33,805 nt of DNA, taken from the NCBI GenBank assembly GCA_049428925.1, contig JBMTAR010000001.1, forward strand, positions 1 through 33,805, read 5' to 3'. Shown piece by piece: positions 8,823 to 18,170 of the stretch. How positions within the stretch are numbered: the first letter of the stretch is position 1; every line of letters begins with the position of its first letter. The notes under the pieces are model-generated. The model was not told the origin of the DNA. It saw only the letters and a program-made list of their open reading frames with translations, and did no database searches. Origin of the DNA: Gemmatimonadaceae bacterium. Lineage in GTDB: Bacteria; Gemmatimonadota; Gemmatimonadetes; Gemmatimonadales; Gemmatimonadaceae. Made by a program: the position numbers and the translations under genes.

Positions 8823-9639
8823 CCACCGCGGTCGGCGCGCTCGGGGATGCGCGGCGCCACATCCAGAACGCCCCCGCGAGGACGAACGCCATCGCGATCG
8901 TCTGGGCGACGGTGAAGGGTCCGACGAAGCGGTCGTCCTTCGCGCGGAGGAACTCGACGAGGAATCGCTCGATGCCTTGCAGCACGCAATAGACGCCGAA
9001 GAGCCAACCCGCGGCGTGCCGGTGATCCTTGAGTCGCCAGAGGATCGCGAACATCACCAGCCCCATCGCGGTCTCGTAGAGCTGCGTCGGGTGCACCGCA
9101 AGCACGGCATCCGGCGGCAGGTCGGCATAGCCCGTGAGGCCGAACTGCTGCACGAGGTTCGCGACCGTGCTCGGCGGCGCCCCCTGGGGGAACGTCACCG
9201 CGAGGAACCCGTTCCACGGGCGGCCGTAATCGTCGCCGACAGCCCAGCACCCGGTGCGCCCGACGGCGTACGCCGCGGCGAGCGCGGGGGCGCAGGCATC
9301 TGAGATCTCGGTGAACAACCGCCCCTGGTGCCGGATGACCAGCACGCTCGCGACGATCCCGCCGATGAGCCCGCCCCAGAAGACGAAGCCCGCGCGGCTG
9401 AACACCGCGCCAGGGTCGCCCGTGAGGATCGCATAGTAGAGTTTCGCCCCGACGAGCCCGCCGATGACGGCGCCCACCGTGACGTCCCCCATCACCTCAC
9501 CATCCTGGCCGCGACGCTCGAGCAACGCGGTCGCGACGATCTGCCCGATCACGAAGGCGAGGAGCATCCCCAGGCCGAAGCCGGTGATCTCGAGGGGGCC
9601 GAGCTGGTAGGCGAACGGGAGATGGGTCGTGGCGGCCAT
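8806..9639 (-). CDS. lgt: Prolipoprotein diacylglyceryl transferase
   Basis: GFVFWGGLIGG, GRTGCWAVGDDYG, HPTQLYE and RFLVEFLR motifs; multi-TM. Confidence 0.93.
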   Translation of the reverse strand: MAATTHLPFAYQLGPLEITGFGLGMLLAFVIGQIVATALLERRGQDGEVMGDVTVGAVIGGLVGAKLYYAILTGDPGAVFSRAGFVFWGGLIGGIVASVLVIRHQGRLFTEISDACAPALAAAYAVGRTGCWAVGDDYGRPWNGFLAVTFPQGAPPSTVANLVQQFGLTGYADLPPDAVLAVHPTQLYETAMGLVMFAILWRLKDHRHAAGWLFGVYCVLQGIERFLVEFLRAKDDRFVGPFTVAQTIAMAFVLAGAFWMWRRASPSAPTAVATTRG

Positions 9640-9645
9640 AGGCGG

Positions 9646-9651
9646 AAGCTA
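9646..9651 (-). promoter_or_regulatory. -10-like box TAGCTT, 6 nt before the lgt ATG, overlapping the tsaD TAG stop
   Basis: Minus strand reads cgc-TAGCTT-ccgcct-ATG. Confidence 0.5.
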
Positions 9652-10704
9652 GCGGCGACGCGCCGTGGCGTCGACGAGCCCCGGCATCGGCGCGGCGGCG
9701 TGCGCGGTGAGGGTCGCATCGTCCCGCTCCCCGCGGCTGAGTCGGAAGAGGGCGGCGGCGCCGATCATCGCGGCGTTATCGGTCGCCAGGCGTGGCGACG
9801 GGGCGAAGACGCTGATGCCCCGTGGTCCAGCGGCTGCTGTCATCGCAGCCACGAGGGCGCGATTGCACGCCACACCTCCCCCGAGAACGATTCGGCGTCG
9901 GCCGTGGAGGGTTGCGGCCCGGAGCGTCTTGGCGACGAGTGTGTCCACGAGCGCGTCCTGGAAGCCGCGCGCGAGGTGCGGGCGGTCCCGCTCGAGGTCG
10001 TCGCTCGCGCGCACCGCGAGGAGCACGGCGGTCTTGAGTCCGCTGAAGGAGACGTCGAGGTAGTCGGGGTCCGTCGGTTGCTGCCCGCCGTTCAGCATCG
10101 GGCGCGAGAAGCGGAAGCGGTCGGGGTCGCCGGAGGCGGCGAGCGCCTCGAGGTGCCGGCCACCGGGGTAGGGGAGGCCGAGGAGCTTGGCGACCTTGTC
10201 GAATGCCTCGCCCGCGGCATCGTCGCGCGTCGCACCGAGGAGGCGATACTCACCCCAGGCTGCGACGTCGATGAGCATCGTGTGCCCACCGGAGACGAGG
10301 AGCGCGGTGAAGGGGGGCGTCGCCTCCGGATGGTCGAGCGCGGTGGCGAAGAGATGCCCCTCCATATGGTGCACGCCGAGCAGCGGGATCCCCCGCGCCG
10401 CGGCGAGCGCCTTCGCATAGCTCACCCCCACGAGCAGCGCGCCGACGAGACCGGGCGCGTGCGTCACCGCGATCGCGTCGATGTCCTCGAGGGTGCGCCC
10501 CGCGTCGGCCAGCGCGCGTCGGGAGACGGGGACGACCGCGGCGAGATGTTCGCGCGAGGCGATCTCGGGGACCACGCCGCCGAAGATCCGATGCACGTCC
10601 TGCGAGAGGATCACGAGGGACTCGAGCACGGGGGCGTCCGGCGGGCCGTGCAGCACGGCCGCGGAGGTCTCGTCGCAGGAGCTCTCGAGTGCGAGGACGC
10701 GCAT
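9649..10704 (-). CDS. tsaD: tRNA N6-adenosine threonylcarbamoyltransferase
   Basis: LALESSCDETSAA, GGVVPEIASREH, HHMEGH, LLVSGGHT, DDAAGEAFDK, SFSGLKTA, GGVACN and TDNAAMI. Confidence 0.97.
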   Translation of the reverse strand: MRVLALESSCDETSAAVLHGPPDAPVLESLVILSQDVHRIFGGVVPEIASREHLAAVVPVSRRALADAGRTLEDIDAIAVTHAPGLVGALLVGVSYAKALAAARGIPLLGVHHMEGHLFATALDHPEATPPFTALLVSGGHTMLIDVAAWGEYRLLGATRDDAAGEAFDKVAKLLGLPYPGGRHLEALAASGDPDRFRFSRPMLNGGQQPTDPDYLDVSFSGLKTAVLLAVRASDDLERDRPHLARGFQDALVDTLVAKTLRAATLHGRRRIVLGGGVACNRALVAAMTAAAGPRGISVFAPSPRLATDNAAMIGAAALFRLSRGERDDATLTAHAAAPMPGLVDATARRR

Positions 10705-10725
10705 CAGCGGCCGCTCACGGGTCGC

Positions 10726-11391
10726 TCAGGGGCGCGGTTCGGCGAGGAGCCGCTCGAGCTGCGCGACGTTCGCCTCGCTGTCCCACGCCTCCGCGCCGAT
10801 GCTGCGGCGGCGGATGGTGCCGTCGCGCCCGATGAGGAAGGTCTCGGGCACACCGGTGGTCTGGTAGGTCCGTTCGATCGCCTTCGTCGGATCGTGGAGC
10901 AGGTCGAAGCTCAGTCCGAGCTCCTGCGCGAAGCGGCGGATCGCACCAGCCTGACCGGGATCATCGACGCTCACCGCGACGATTCTCAGTCCTTTCGGGC
11001 CGAGGCGCTCCTGCAGGCGCTGCATCGACGGCATCTCGATGCGGCAGGGACCGCACCAGGTCGCCCAGATGTTGAGGAGCACCACCTCGCCGGTGTAGTC
11101 GTCGATCCCCTTCACCTCGCGGAGGGCTGACGACGGTGCTGCGGTCGTCGTGGCACCACCCGCCGCCCCACCCGCGGCACCGCTCACCGCACCAGCGGTC
11201 GACTCCGGCATCGGTCCGTCCACCGGGGCGGGAGCCGGTACGTCCACCGGCAGCGCGGCGAAGTCCGGGGCTTCGGCGCCAATCTTCAGCGGGAAGAGCT
11301 CGTCACCCAGTCGCACCGTGACGGCCCAGAGGCCGACGCCGAGCGCGACGGAGACGCCGATGACGAGGGCCCACTGCCGCCGTTCGGTCAC
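10726..11391 (-). CDS. TlpA/ResA-family thiol-disulfide oxidoreductase, membrane anchored
   Basis: N-terminal TM helix, GAEAPDF, LLNIWATWCGPCRIEMP and GVPETFLIGRDG. Confidence 0.92.
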   Translation of the reverse strand: MTERRQWALVIGVSVALGVGLWAVTVRLGDELFPLKIGAEAPDFAALPVDVPAPAPVDGPMPESTAGAVSGAAGGAAGGATTTAAPSSALREVKGIDDYTGEVVLLNIWATWCGPCRIEMPSMQRLQERLGPKGLRIVAVSVDDPGQAGAIRRFAQELGLSFDLLHDPTKAIERTYQTTGVPETFLIGRDGTIRRRSIGAEAWDSEANVAQLERLLAEPRP

Positions 11392-12062
11392 GCCTGCTCC
11401 GCACAGCGCGCGCGGAGCGCCGCGACCTCCGCCGTCGGGTCGGCGGCGGAGAAGATCGCATTGCCTGCGACGAAGGTGTCGGCGCCGGCACGCCAGCAGG
11501 CGGCGATCGTCTCGCGCGAGATCCCGCCGTCGACCTCCAGCACCGCGCGGCTCCCCGTCGCGTCGAGGAGCTGCCGCGCGCGCGCGACCTTGTCCACCGA
11601 GGCCGGGATGAAGCGCTGCCCGCCGAAGCCGGGGTTCACGCTCATGATGAGCAACAGGTCGAGATCGGCCGCGACCTCGCGCACCGTCTCGAGCGGCGTC
11701 GACGGGTTGAGCGTCGCGCCGGCCTGCACGCCGAGCTCCTTGATCCGCATCAGCTGGCGATGAAGGTGCGGGGCCGCCTCGACGTGGATGGTGATCGTGT
11801 CGGCGCCCGCCTGCGCGAAGGCGTCGAAATACTTCTCCGGCTCGACGACCATCAGATGGCAGTCGAGCGGGAGGCGCGTGAGCCGCTTGCAGGTCTCGAT
11901 GACCTTCGCCCCGAAGGTGAGGTTCGGCACGAAGACGCCGTCCATCACATCGACGTGCAGCCAGTCGGCGCCGGCGGCTTCGAGCATCGCGAGGTCCTCA
12001 GCGAGGCGGCCGAAGTCGGCGGAGAGGAGAGACGGGGCGATACGGACCGTGGCAGCGGGCAT
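11388..12062 (-). CDS. rpe: Ribulose-phosphate 3-epimerase
   Basis: IAPSLLSADF, HVDVMDGVFVPNLTFG, MSVNPGFGGQ and EVDGGI. Start set at ATG 12062, just after the rsmB stop. Confidence 0.97.
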   Translation of the reverse strand: MPAATVRIAPSLLSADFGRLAEDLAMLEAAGADWLHVDVMDGVFVPNLTFGAKVIETCKRLTRLPLDCHLMVVEPEKYFDAFAQAGADTITIHVEAAPHLHRQLMRIKELGVQAGATLNPSTPLETVREVAADLDLLLIMSVNPGFGGQRFIPASVDKVARARQLLDATGSRAVLEVDGGISRETIAACWRAGADTFVAGNAIFSAADPTAEVAALRARCAEQA

Positions 12063-12063
12063 C

Positions 12064-13392
12064 TCAGGCGACTCCTCGGCGCAGGCGCGCCGCGAACGAA
12101 CCGTCGGTGGCGTGGCGGTGGGGCAGGACACGGAGGCGGCCGGCGTCGAGCGTCGACGCCGGGACCGTGCCCTCCGGCGGTGGCTCCAAGCTCCACTCCG
12201 GGTGCTCCGCGAGGAAGGCCTCCACCGGCGCGTCGTCCTCCTCCGGTTCGAGGGAGCAGGTGGAGTAGATCAGTAGCCCGCCGGGGGCGACCGCGTCCGC
12301 GGCGCCCCGCAGGATGGCACGTTGGGCGGCCGACATCACGGCGAGGTCGGAGGGCTTGAGGCGCCAGCGCGCGTCGGGATGGCGGCGGAAGGTCCCGGTC
12401 CCCGTGCAGGGGGCGTCGACGAGCACCGCGTCGAAGGTGCCGAGCGCACCGGCCTCGCGTGCGTCGCAGACCACCGGGGAGACGTGCTCGAGGTGGAGGC
12501 GTTCGATCGTCGCGTCGAGCCGCGCGAGGCGCGCTTCGGAGGCGTCGGCCGCGATCACCTCGCTCGCGGTGCGCGCGAGCTCGACCGCCTTGCCGCCGGG
12601 GGCGGCGCAGAGATCCGCGACCCGCGCGCCCGCGGGAATCGCCGCGTAGCGGGTCACGAGCGTCGCCGCGGGGTCCTGCACGAAGCAGTGGCCGTCGCGG
12701 AAGGCGGTGAGCGCGGTGAGCCCGGTCCCCGTGGGGAGCCGCAGTCCGTCGTCGATGAGCGGGGCCGATTCGGTCGCGACACCCTCGGCGGCGCACATCG
12801 CCGCGAGCTCGGCGGCGGTGCAGCCCCACGGCCGGAGGTGGATCGGCGCCTCCGCGTTGTTCGCCTCCAGCAGCGCCTGCGTCGCCTCCGCCCCCCACCG
12901 CGCGACCCAGCGCGCGACGAGCCAGCGCGGATGCGAGTGCGTGACCGACAGCGCCTCGACCGGGTCGGTGGGGAGCGGCGGCGCGGGGTGGTCGCGCTCA
13001 CGATCGAGGCGGCGGAGCACCGCGTTCACGAGACCGGCCGCCCCGCGCCCGTGCCGGCGCTTCGCGAGCTCGACCGTCTGGGCGATGGCCGCGTAGGTGG
13101 GAACGCTGTCCATCTGGAAGAGCTGCGCCGCGCCCAAGCGGAGGAGATCGGCGAGATCGGGGTCGATGCGCGCGAAGCCCCCCGTCACGCAGGGTGCGAT
13201 CCGGTGGTCGAGCGCGCCACGTCGCCGCAACATCGTCCAGACGAGTTCCTGCACCCAACGGCGGTCACGCGGTTCGAGCGCCGCCGTCCGGCGGTCGAAC
13301 GCCGCGTCGAGCAGCAGCCCCGCGCGCAGATCGGCGAGCAGGTCCGCGGCGGCGAGCCGGGCATCGGTGATGGTGGCGACGGCGGGGGACAT
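12064..13392 (-). CDS. rsmB: 16S rRNA m5C967 methyltransferase (Sun/Fmu)
   Basis: NusB-like N-domain (GLVNAVLR), SHPRWL, VQD, DLCAAPGGK, VLVDAPCTGTG and YSTCS; lies downstream of def-fmt. Confidence 0.93.
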   Translation of the reverse strand: MSPAVATITDARLAAADLLADLRAGLLLDAAFDRRTAALEPRDRRWVQELVWTMLRRRGALDHRIAPCVTGGFARIDPDLADLLRLGAAQLFQMDSVPTYAAIAQTVELAKRRHGRGAAGLVNAVLRRLDRERDHPAPPLPTDPVEALSVTHSHPRWLVARWVARWGAEATQALLEANNAEAPIHLRPWGCTAAELAAMCAAEGVATESAPLIDDGLRLPTGTGLTALTAFRDGHCFVQDPAATLVTRYAAIPAGARVADLCAAPGGKAVELARTASEVIAADASEARLARLDATIERLHLEHVSPVVCDAREAGALGTFDAVLVDAPCTGTGTFRRHPDARWRLKPSDLAVMSAAQRAILRGAADAVAPGGLLIYSTCSLEPEEDDAPVEAFLAEHPEWSLEPPPEGTVPASTLDAGRLRVLPHRHATDGSFAARLRRGVA

Positions 13393-13399
13393 CGCGTGA

Positions 13400-13405
13400 A
13401 AGATA
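13400..13405 (-). promoter_or_regulatory. -10-like box TATCTT, 7 nt before the rsmB ATG
   Basis: Minus strand reads ggg-TATCTT-tcacgcg-ATG; no SD present. Confidence 0.6.
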
Positions 13406-13488
13406 CCCCGGTTGGCGGCGGCCCCATCGCGGGTGACACGCGCGCTCGCGTCGGTGCGTGGCGGTGCGTGGCGCCCGCGTCGATTGGC

Positions 13489-14430
13489 TCAGGCGTCCGG
13501 CAGCGCCCAGCGGTCCCCGACGGCGATGCCTCGCCCCTGGCCCCAGTCCAACGCCGCGAGCCGGCGACGGCCCGCGGGATGCACGGACTCGATGGCCACC
13601 GCCCCGTCACCGCAGGCGACGACCATCCCCATCTCCCCCACCTCGAGGACCTCGCCGGCGTCCCCTCGGCGGTCGGCCAGCACGCGGGCCCCGAAGCATC
13701 GCACCTCGGCCTCTCGTACGACGCCCCACGCCCCGGGCTTGGGGTCGTACGCCTGAATCGCGCGCGCGATGTCCGCGGCGGGGCGCGTCCAGTCGAGGCG
13801 CGCCGACGTACGGTCGATCTTGGGCGCGTAGGTGCTCGCCGCGTCGTCCTGCGGGGTCGCGGTGAGCTCACCGAGTTCCAAGAGGGTGACCGCTTCGACG
13901 ATCGCCTCGGCGCCGAGCTCCGAGAGACGCTCCGTCAGCTCGCCTCCCGTCTCCCCCGGCGCGATCGGCGTCGTGAGCGTGAGCAGCATCGGGCCCGCGT
14001 CGAGGGCGCGCACCATCTGCATGATCGTCACGCCGGTCTCGGCGTCGCCCGCGAGCAGCGCGGCCTGGATCGGTGCGGCCCCACGCCAGCGCGGCAGGAG
14101 CGAGGCGTGGATGTTCAGCGTGCCGCGCGGTGGCAGCGCGATCACCTCTTCACGGAGGAGATGGCCGTACGCCACGACGACGGAGAGCTCGGGCTCGAGC
14201 GAACGGAGCTGCGCGAGGAAGTCGTCGCCGCGCGGGCGGTCGGGCTGGAGGACCGGGATCCCCTCCTCGAGCGCGACCTGCTTCACGGGGGAGGGAACGA
14301 GCGTGGAGCGGGAGCGGCCCTGTGGACGGTCGGGCTGCGTGACGACGCCGACGACCTCGTGTCCTTCACCGATGAGCGCGCGCAACGGCGGGGTCGCGAA
14401 CTCGGGGGTGCCCCAGAAGAGGATGCGCAC
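13489..14430 (-). CDS. fmt: Methionyl-tRNA formyltransferase
   Basis: ILFWGTPEFA, VVTQPDRP, VVVAYG, NIHASLLPRWRGAAPIQ and GVTIMQM...LDAG. Confidence 0.97.
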   Translation of the reverse strand: MRILFWGTPEFATPPLRALIGEGHEVVGVVTQPDRPQGRSRSTLVPSPVKQVALEEGIPVLQPDRPRGDDFLAQLRSLEPELSVVVAYGHLLREEVIALPPRGTLNIHASLLPRWRGAAPIQAALLAGDAETGVTIMQMVRALDAGPMLLTLTTPIAPGETGGELTERLSELGAEAIVEAVTLLELGELTATPQDDAASTYAPKIDRTSARLDWTRPAADIARAIQAYDPKPGAWGVVREAEVRCFGARVLADRRGDAGEVLEVGEMGMVVACGDGAVAIESVHPAGRRRLAALDWGQGRGIAVGDRWALPDA

Positions 14431-15024
14431 TCAGGTCAGCGGTCTGGCAGAAGACTCGGTCGCGCCCTCGGTCTCACCGTCGGCCGATGGGAGCGGGTCC
14501 GTCCCCCCGGGGCCGAAGATGCGCACGAGCTTCGGATAGCGCTCCTTCTCCTTGTCCCAGGTGGCGAGCACACTGCGCCGCTTGAGGAAGCTCAGATGGT
14601 CGATGAAGAGCTTGCCGTGGAGATGATCGATCTCGTGCTGCAAACAGACGCCGAGGAGACCGTCGGCGGTGACTTCGATCGGCGCGCCGTGCTCGTTGAT
14701 TGCCCTGACGGTCACACGCTCCGAGCGGTCCACGGTGCCGAAGGTGTTGGGGATGGAGAGGCACCCCTCCTCCCACTTGATCCGCCCCTCGCGCGCCACG
14801 ATCTCGGGGTTGAAGAGGGTCAGTCGTGTCTCCTCCACCTCGACGACGCAGAGGCGCTCGCGCCGCCCCACCTGCGGGGCTGCGAGCCCGACGCCGTCGG
14901 CGCCCTTCATCGTCTCGAACATGTCGGCCGCGAGCTGCCGCAGCTCGTCCGTCACGACCTCGACGGGCACCGTCTCCTCGCGGAGGATCGGTGCGCCGAG
15001 GACCGTGATCGGGAGCAGGGCCAT
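14431..15024 (-). CDS. def: Peptide deformylase
   Basis: GVGLAAPQVG, EGCLS and QHEIDHL. ATG at 15024 overlaps the yajC TAA (TAATG). Confidence 0.96.
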   Translation of the reverse strand: MALLPITVLGAPILREETVPVEVVTDELRQLAADMFETMKGADGVGLAAPQVGRRERLCVVEVEETRLTLFNPEIVAREGRIKWEEGCLSIPNTFGTVDRSERVTVRAINEHGAPIEVTADGLLGVCLQHEIDHLHGKLFIDHLSFLKRRSVLATWDKEKERYPKLVRIFGPGGTDPLPSADGETEGATESSARPLT

Positions 15025-15371
15025 TACGCCGCGACCTCGGCGCTCCCGCCGACCGAGACGATGCGGCCGCGCGTCACGATGAGCCGCGACTCGCCGCTCT
15101 TGATGGTGACGTGGTCGCCGAGCCCGGCCGTGGCACCGGCGGCGATGTGGACCACCTCGCCCACGATCCCGCCGGCGGTCACGACCTGGTCCCCCTTCTT
15201 GATCCCCATCACGCGACCCTCGTGGGCCTTCCGCTCCTTCGCCTGCGGGCGGATGACGAGGAAGTAGAAGATCGCAAAGATCGAGCCGAACATGAACAGC
15301 GTGCCGGCGGCGGAGCCGCCCGGGGCGGGCTGCGCGGCGGCGGTCTGGGCGAGGATCGGGAGGAGGGCCAT
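15024..15371 (-). CDS. yajC: Preprotein translocase subunit YajC
   Basis: IFYFLVIRPQ, KKGDQVVTAGGIVGEV. Confidence 0.95.
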   Translation of the reverse strand: MALLPILAQTAAAQPAPGGSAAGTLFMFGSIFAIFYFLVIRPQAKERKAHEGRVMGIKKGDQVVTAGGIVGEVVHIAAGATAGLGDHVTIKSGESRLIVTRGRIVSVGGSAEVAA

Positions 15372-15397
15372 AGTCTCGAATGGTGGAGGGTGATGGA

Positions 15398-15403
15398 AAT
15401 CTA
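15398..15403 (-). promoter_or_regulatory. -10-like box TAGATT, 26 nt before the yajC ATG (short-leader promoter candidate)
   Basis: Only AT-rich patch in the 81-bp queA-yajC gap; same hexamer type as the other boxes. Confidence 0.4.
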
Positions 15404-15452
15404 GTGGGCGACAGGTGCACGTCGGTCGTTCGCGCGCCCAGGGTCTCGCCCC

Positions 15453-16520
15453 TCAGGCAATGAGCATCGCATCGCCGTAGGAGTAGAACCGATACCCCTC
15501 CTTGACCGCGACGTCGTAGGCGTGGCGCATCAGGTCATACCCCGTCATCGCGGCGACGAGCATCAGCAGGGTCGAGCGCGGTAGATGGAAGTTCGTCACG
15601 AGGAGGTCGGCACCGGTCGGGCGGTGCGGGGGCCGGAGGAAGATGTCGGTCTCCCCGCTCCCCGCGCGGAAGTGCCCCACCGAGTGGATGGTCTCGAGCG
15701 TGCGCAGCGCCGTGGTCCCCACCGCACAAATCCGACCGCCGTCGCGGCGGGTCGCGTCGAGACGACCTGCCGTCTCGGGCCGGACCTCGAACCACTCGCG
15801 ATGCATCCGGTGCTGCGTCGGATCCTCCACCTCAACCGGCTTGAATGTCCCCGCCCCCACGTGCAGCAGCACCTCGGCGCGGGTGACTCCCTGTGCTTCG
15901 AGCCTCGCGAGGAGCTCGGGTGTGAAGTGGAGTCCGGCGGTCGGTGCCGCGACGGAGCCCTCCTCACGCGCATAGACCGTCTGATACCGCTCCGCGTCGG
16001 CGGCCCCGTCAGCGCGCGCGATGTACGGCGGGAGCGGGATGTGCCCGTGCGTCGCGATCATCGCCGCCGGGTCGTCGGTGAGGAGCCGGACGTGCCGCGT
16101 CCCCTCGTCCGTCGCCTCCTCCACGCGCACGGCGAACTCGGGCGCGATCGTGACCTCGCGACCCGGTTTCAACTTGGCGCCGGGCTGCACCATCGCCTCC
16201 CACCGGCCGTCGGCGAGCGGTCGCAGGAGGAGGATCTCAGCCGGGGCGCCCGAGGCGCGTGTGCCGAGCAGCCGCGCCCGGAAAACCCGCGTGGTATTCA
16301 CCACGAGGGCGTCCCCGGCGCGCAGGAAGCGCGGGAGGTCGCGGAAGGTGTGATGCGCCACCGTGCCTGCGGTGCGGTCGACGACCATCAGGCGGCTCTC
16401 ATCCCGCCGTTCGGTTGGATGCTGCGCGATCCGGTCGGGCGGGAGGTGGAAGTCGTAGTCCGCGGTGCGGAGGCCGAGGGCCGGCGGCTCCGGGGCGCGG
16501 CGATCGTCGCCGTCGCCCAT
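15453..16520 (-). CDS. queA: S-adenosylmethionine:tRNA ribosyltransferase-isomerase
   Basis: YDFHLPPDRIAQ, GHIPLPPYI, RYQTVYA, GSVAAPTAGLHFT, LHVGAGTF, TNFHLPRSTL and YRFYSYGDAM. Confidence 0.97.
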   Translation of the reverse strand: MGDGDDRRAPEPPALGLRTADYDFHLPPDRIAQHPTERRDESRLMVVDRTAGTVAHHTFRDLPRFLRAGDALVVNTTRVFRARLLGTRASGAPAEILLLRPLADGRWEAMVQPGAKLKPGREVTIAPEFAVRVEEATDEGTRHVRLLTDDPAAMIATHGHIPLPPYIARADGAADAERYQTVYAREEGSVAAPTAGLHFTPELLARLEAQGVTRAEVLLHVGAGTFKPVEVEDPTQHRMHREWFEVRPETAGRLDATRRDGGRICAVGTTALRTLETIHSVGHFRAGSGETDIFLRPPHRPTGADLLVTNFHLPRSTLLMLVAAMTGYDLMRHAYDVAVKEGYRFYSYGDAMLIA

Positions 16521-16522
16521 CG

Positions 16523-17554
16523 TCAGAACAGGTCGGCCTGCGGGGCGGGCGACGTCGACGGAGGAGGATACCCGAGGTGGCGGTACGCCTGCGTGGTCGC
16601 GACGCGGCCGCGCGGGGTGCGCTGCAGGAAGCCGTGCTGCACGAGGAAGGGCTCGTAGACCTCCTCGAGCGTGTCGGGTTCCTCGCCGACCGCAGCGGCG
16701 ATCGTCGCGACGCCCACCGGGCCCCCGTCGAACTTCTCGATGATTGCGCGCAGCACGCGCGTGTCCATCTCGTCCAGACCGAACTCGTCGACGTCGAGCA
16801 TCGCGAGGGCGTCGCGCGCGACGTCACGGGAGATGTGCCCGCCGGCCTTCACCTGCGCGAAGTCGCGCACGCGCCGCAGGAGTCGGTTGGCCACGCGCGG
16901 AGTCCCGCGCGCCCGCCGCGCGATCTCCTGCGCTCCCGCCGCGTCGATCCCCGCCCCGAGCACCACCGCCGTGCGGTGCACGATCTCCTCGATCTCCTCG
17001 GGCGGATAGTAGTTCAGGCGCAACTCGATCCCGAAGCGTGCGCGGAGCGGTGCGGTGAGCATCCCGAGTCGCGTGGTGGCGCCGAGGAGGGTGAAACGCT
17101 CGATCGGCATCGTGATGGTCTGCGCCTTCGGGCCCTCTGAGAGACGGATGTCGATGCGCGCATCCTCCATCGCGGGATAGAGGAACTCGTCGATGACCGG
17201 CCGGAGCCGGTGGATCTCGTCGATGAAGAGGATGTCGCCGGCGCGGAGGTTGGTGAGCGTCCCCACGAGGTCGCCGGGCTTCTCGAGCGCGGGCCCCGAC
17301 GTGGTGTGGAGGTTCACCCCGAGCTCCCGTGCGATCAGCTCGGCGAGCGTGGTCTTGCCGAGGCCCGGCGGGCCGAAGAGGAGCGCGTGGTCGAGGGGTT
17401 CCTTCCGCGCGAGCGCCGCGTCGAGGTAGATGCGCAGCGCCTCCTTCACCTTCCCTTGCCCGATGAACTCCGCGAGCCGCTGCGGACGCAACGAGAGCTC
17501 CACCACCGACTCGTCGGCGAGGGACTCCGGGGTGGTGATCTCGGGCCGGCTCAT
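16523..17554 (-). CDS. ruvB: Holliday junction branch migration helicase RuvB
   Basis: [48 protein letters not shown] and RTPRGR. Confidence 0.98.
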   Translation of the reverse strand: MSRPEITTPESLADESVVELSLRPQRLAEFIGQGKVKEALRIYLDAALARKEPLDHALLFGPPGLGKTTLAELIARELGVNLHTTSGPALEKPGDLVGTLTNLRAGDILFIDEIHRLRPVIDEFLYPAMEDARIDIRLSEGPKAQTITMPIERFTLLGATTRLGMLTAPLRARFGIELRLNYYPPEEIEEIVHRTAVVLGAGIDAAGAQEIARRARGTPRVANRLLRRVRDFAQVKAGGHISRDVARDALAMLDVDEFGLDEMDTRVLRAIIEKFDGGPVGVATIAAAVGEEPDTLEEVYEPFLVQHGFLQRTPRGRVATTQAYRHLGYPPPSTSPAPQADLF

Positions 17555-17561
17555 TCTGGGG

Positions 17562-17567
17562 AATCTA
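17562..17567 (-). promoter_or_regulatory. -10-like box TAGATT, 7 nt before the ruvB ATG, overlapping the ruvA TAG stop
   Basis: Minus strand reads ggc-TAGATT-ccccaga-ATG. Confidence 0.5.
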
Positions 17568-18170
17568 GCCGAGCGCGGCGAGCGACCGACGGATCAGGTC
17601 AGCGGTCGACTCCCCCGTGGGAGCCCCCTCGAGCGCGCGCCGGACCGCGCGCTCCGCGTCGGCAGCGGCGTAGCCGAGCGCGACGAGCGCGCGGACCGCG
17701 TCGGCGCCGGGCCCACCGCCGCTCCCACTCCCCGCGCCCGAGATCGGGACGGCCGGGAGGTCGCCGCCCTCGAGCTTGTCGCGCAGCTCGAGCACGAGGC
17801 GCTCCGCCAGCTTCTTCCCGACGCGCGGTACCTGCGTGAGGGTCGCGAGGTCCCCCTCGCGCACTGCGCGCACCAGTCGCTCCGCGGTCAGCGTCGAGAG
17901 GAGGTTCATCGCGAGCGCCGGTCCCACGCCGGTCGTCCCCATCAGGCGTTGGAAGAGGCGACGCTCCTCGGCCGTCGCGAAGCCGTAGAGCAGCCACGCA
18001 TCGTCACGTACCACCAGTGCGGTGTGCAGCGCGATCTCCCCGCCCGGACGCGGCAGCCGTTCGAGGACGGCGAGCGGGACGAGAATCTCGTACGCGATCC
18101 CGCCCGCGGTGAGCACCTCGATTCGGTCGATGGCGTGCGCGACGAGGGTGCCGTGGACGCGCGCGATCAT
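17565..18170 (-). CDS. ruvA: Holliday junction DNA-binding protein RuvA
   Basis: LYGF, HhH motifs GVGPALA and [17 protein letters not shown]-terminal ALVALGY. Confidence 0.96.
   Translation of the reverse strand: MIARVHGTLVAHAIDRIEVLTAGGIAYEILVPLAVLERLPRPGGEIALHTALVVRDDAWLLYGFATAEERRLFQRLMGTTGVGPALAMNLLSTLTAERLVRAVREGDLATLTQVPRVGKKLAERLVLELRDKLEGGDLPAVPISGAGSGSGGGPGADAVRALVALGYAAADAERAVRRALEGAPTGESTADLIRRSLAALG

Noticed and set aside
12322-15267. 981-aa plus-strand ORF, and similar long antisense ORFs (9328-11130, 19399-21009, 23009-24424, 29316-31715)
   Set aside because: These are shadow ORFs antisense to well-recognised genes. They are expected in high-GC DNA, are Arg/Gly/His-rich and carry no motifs.
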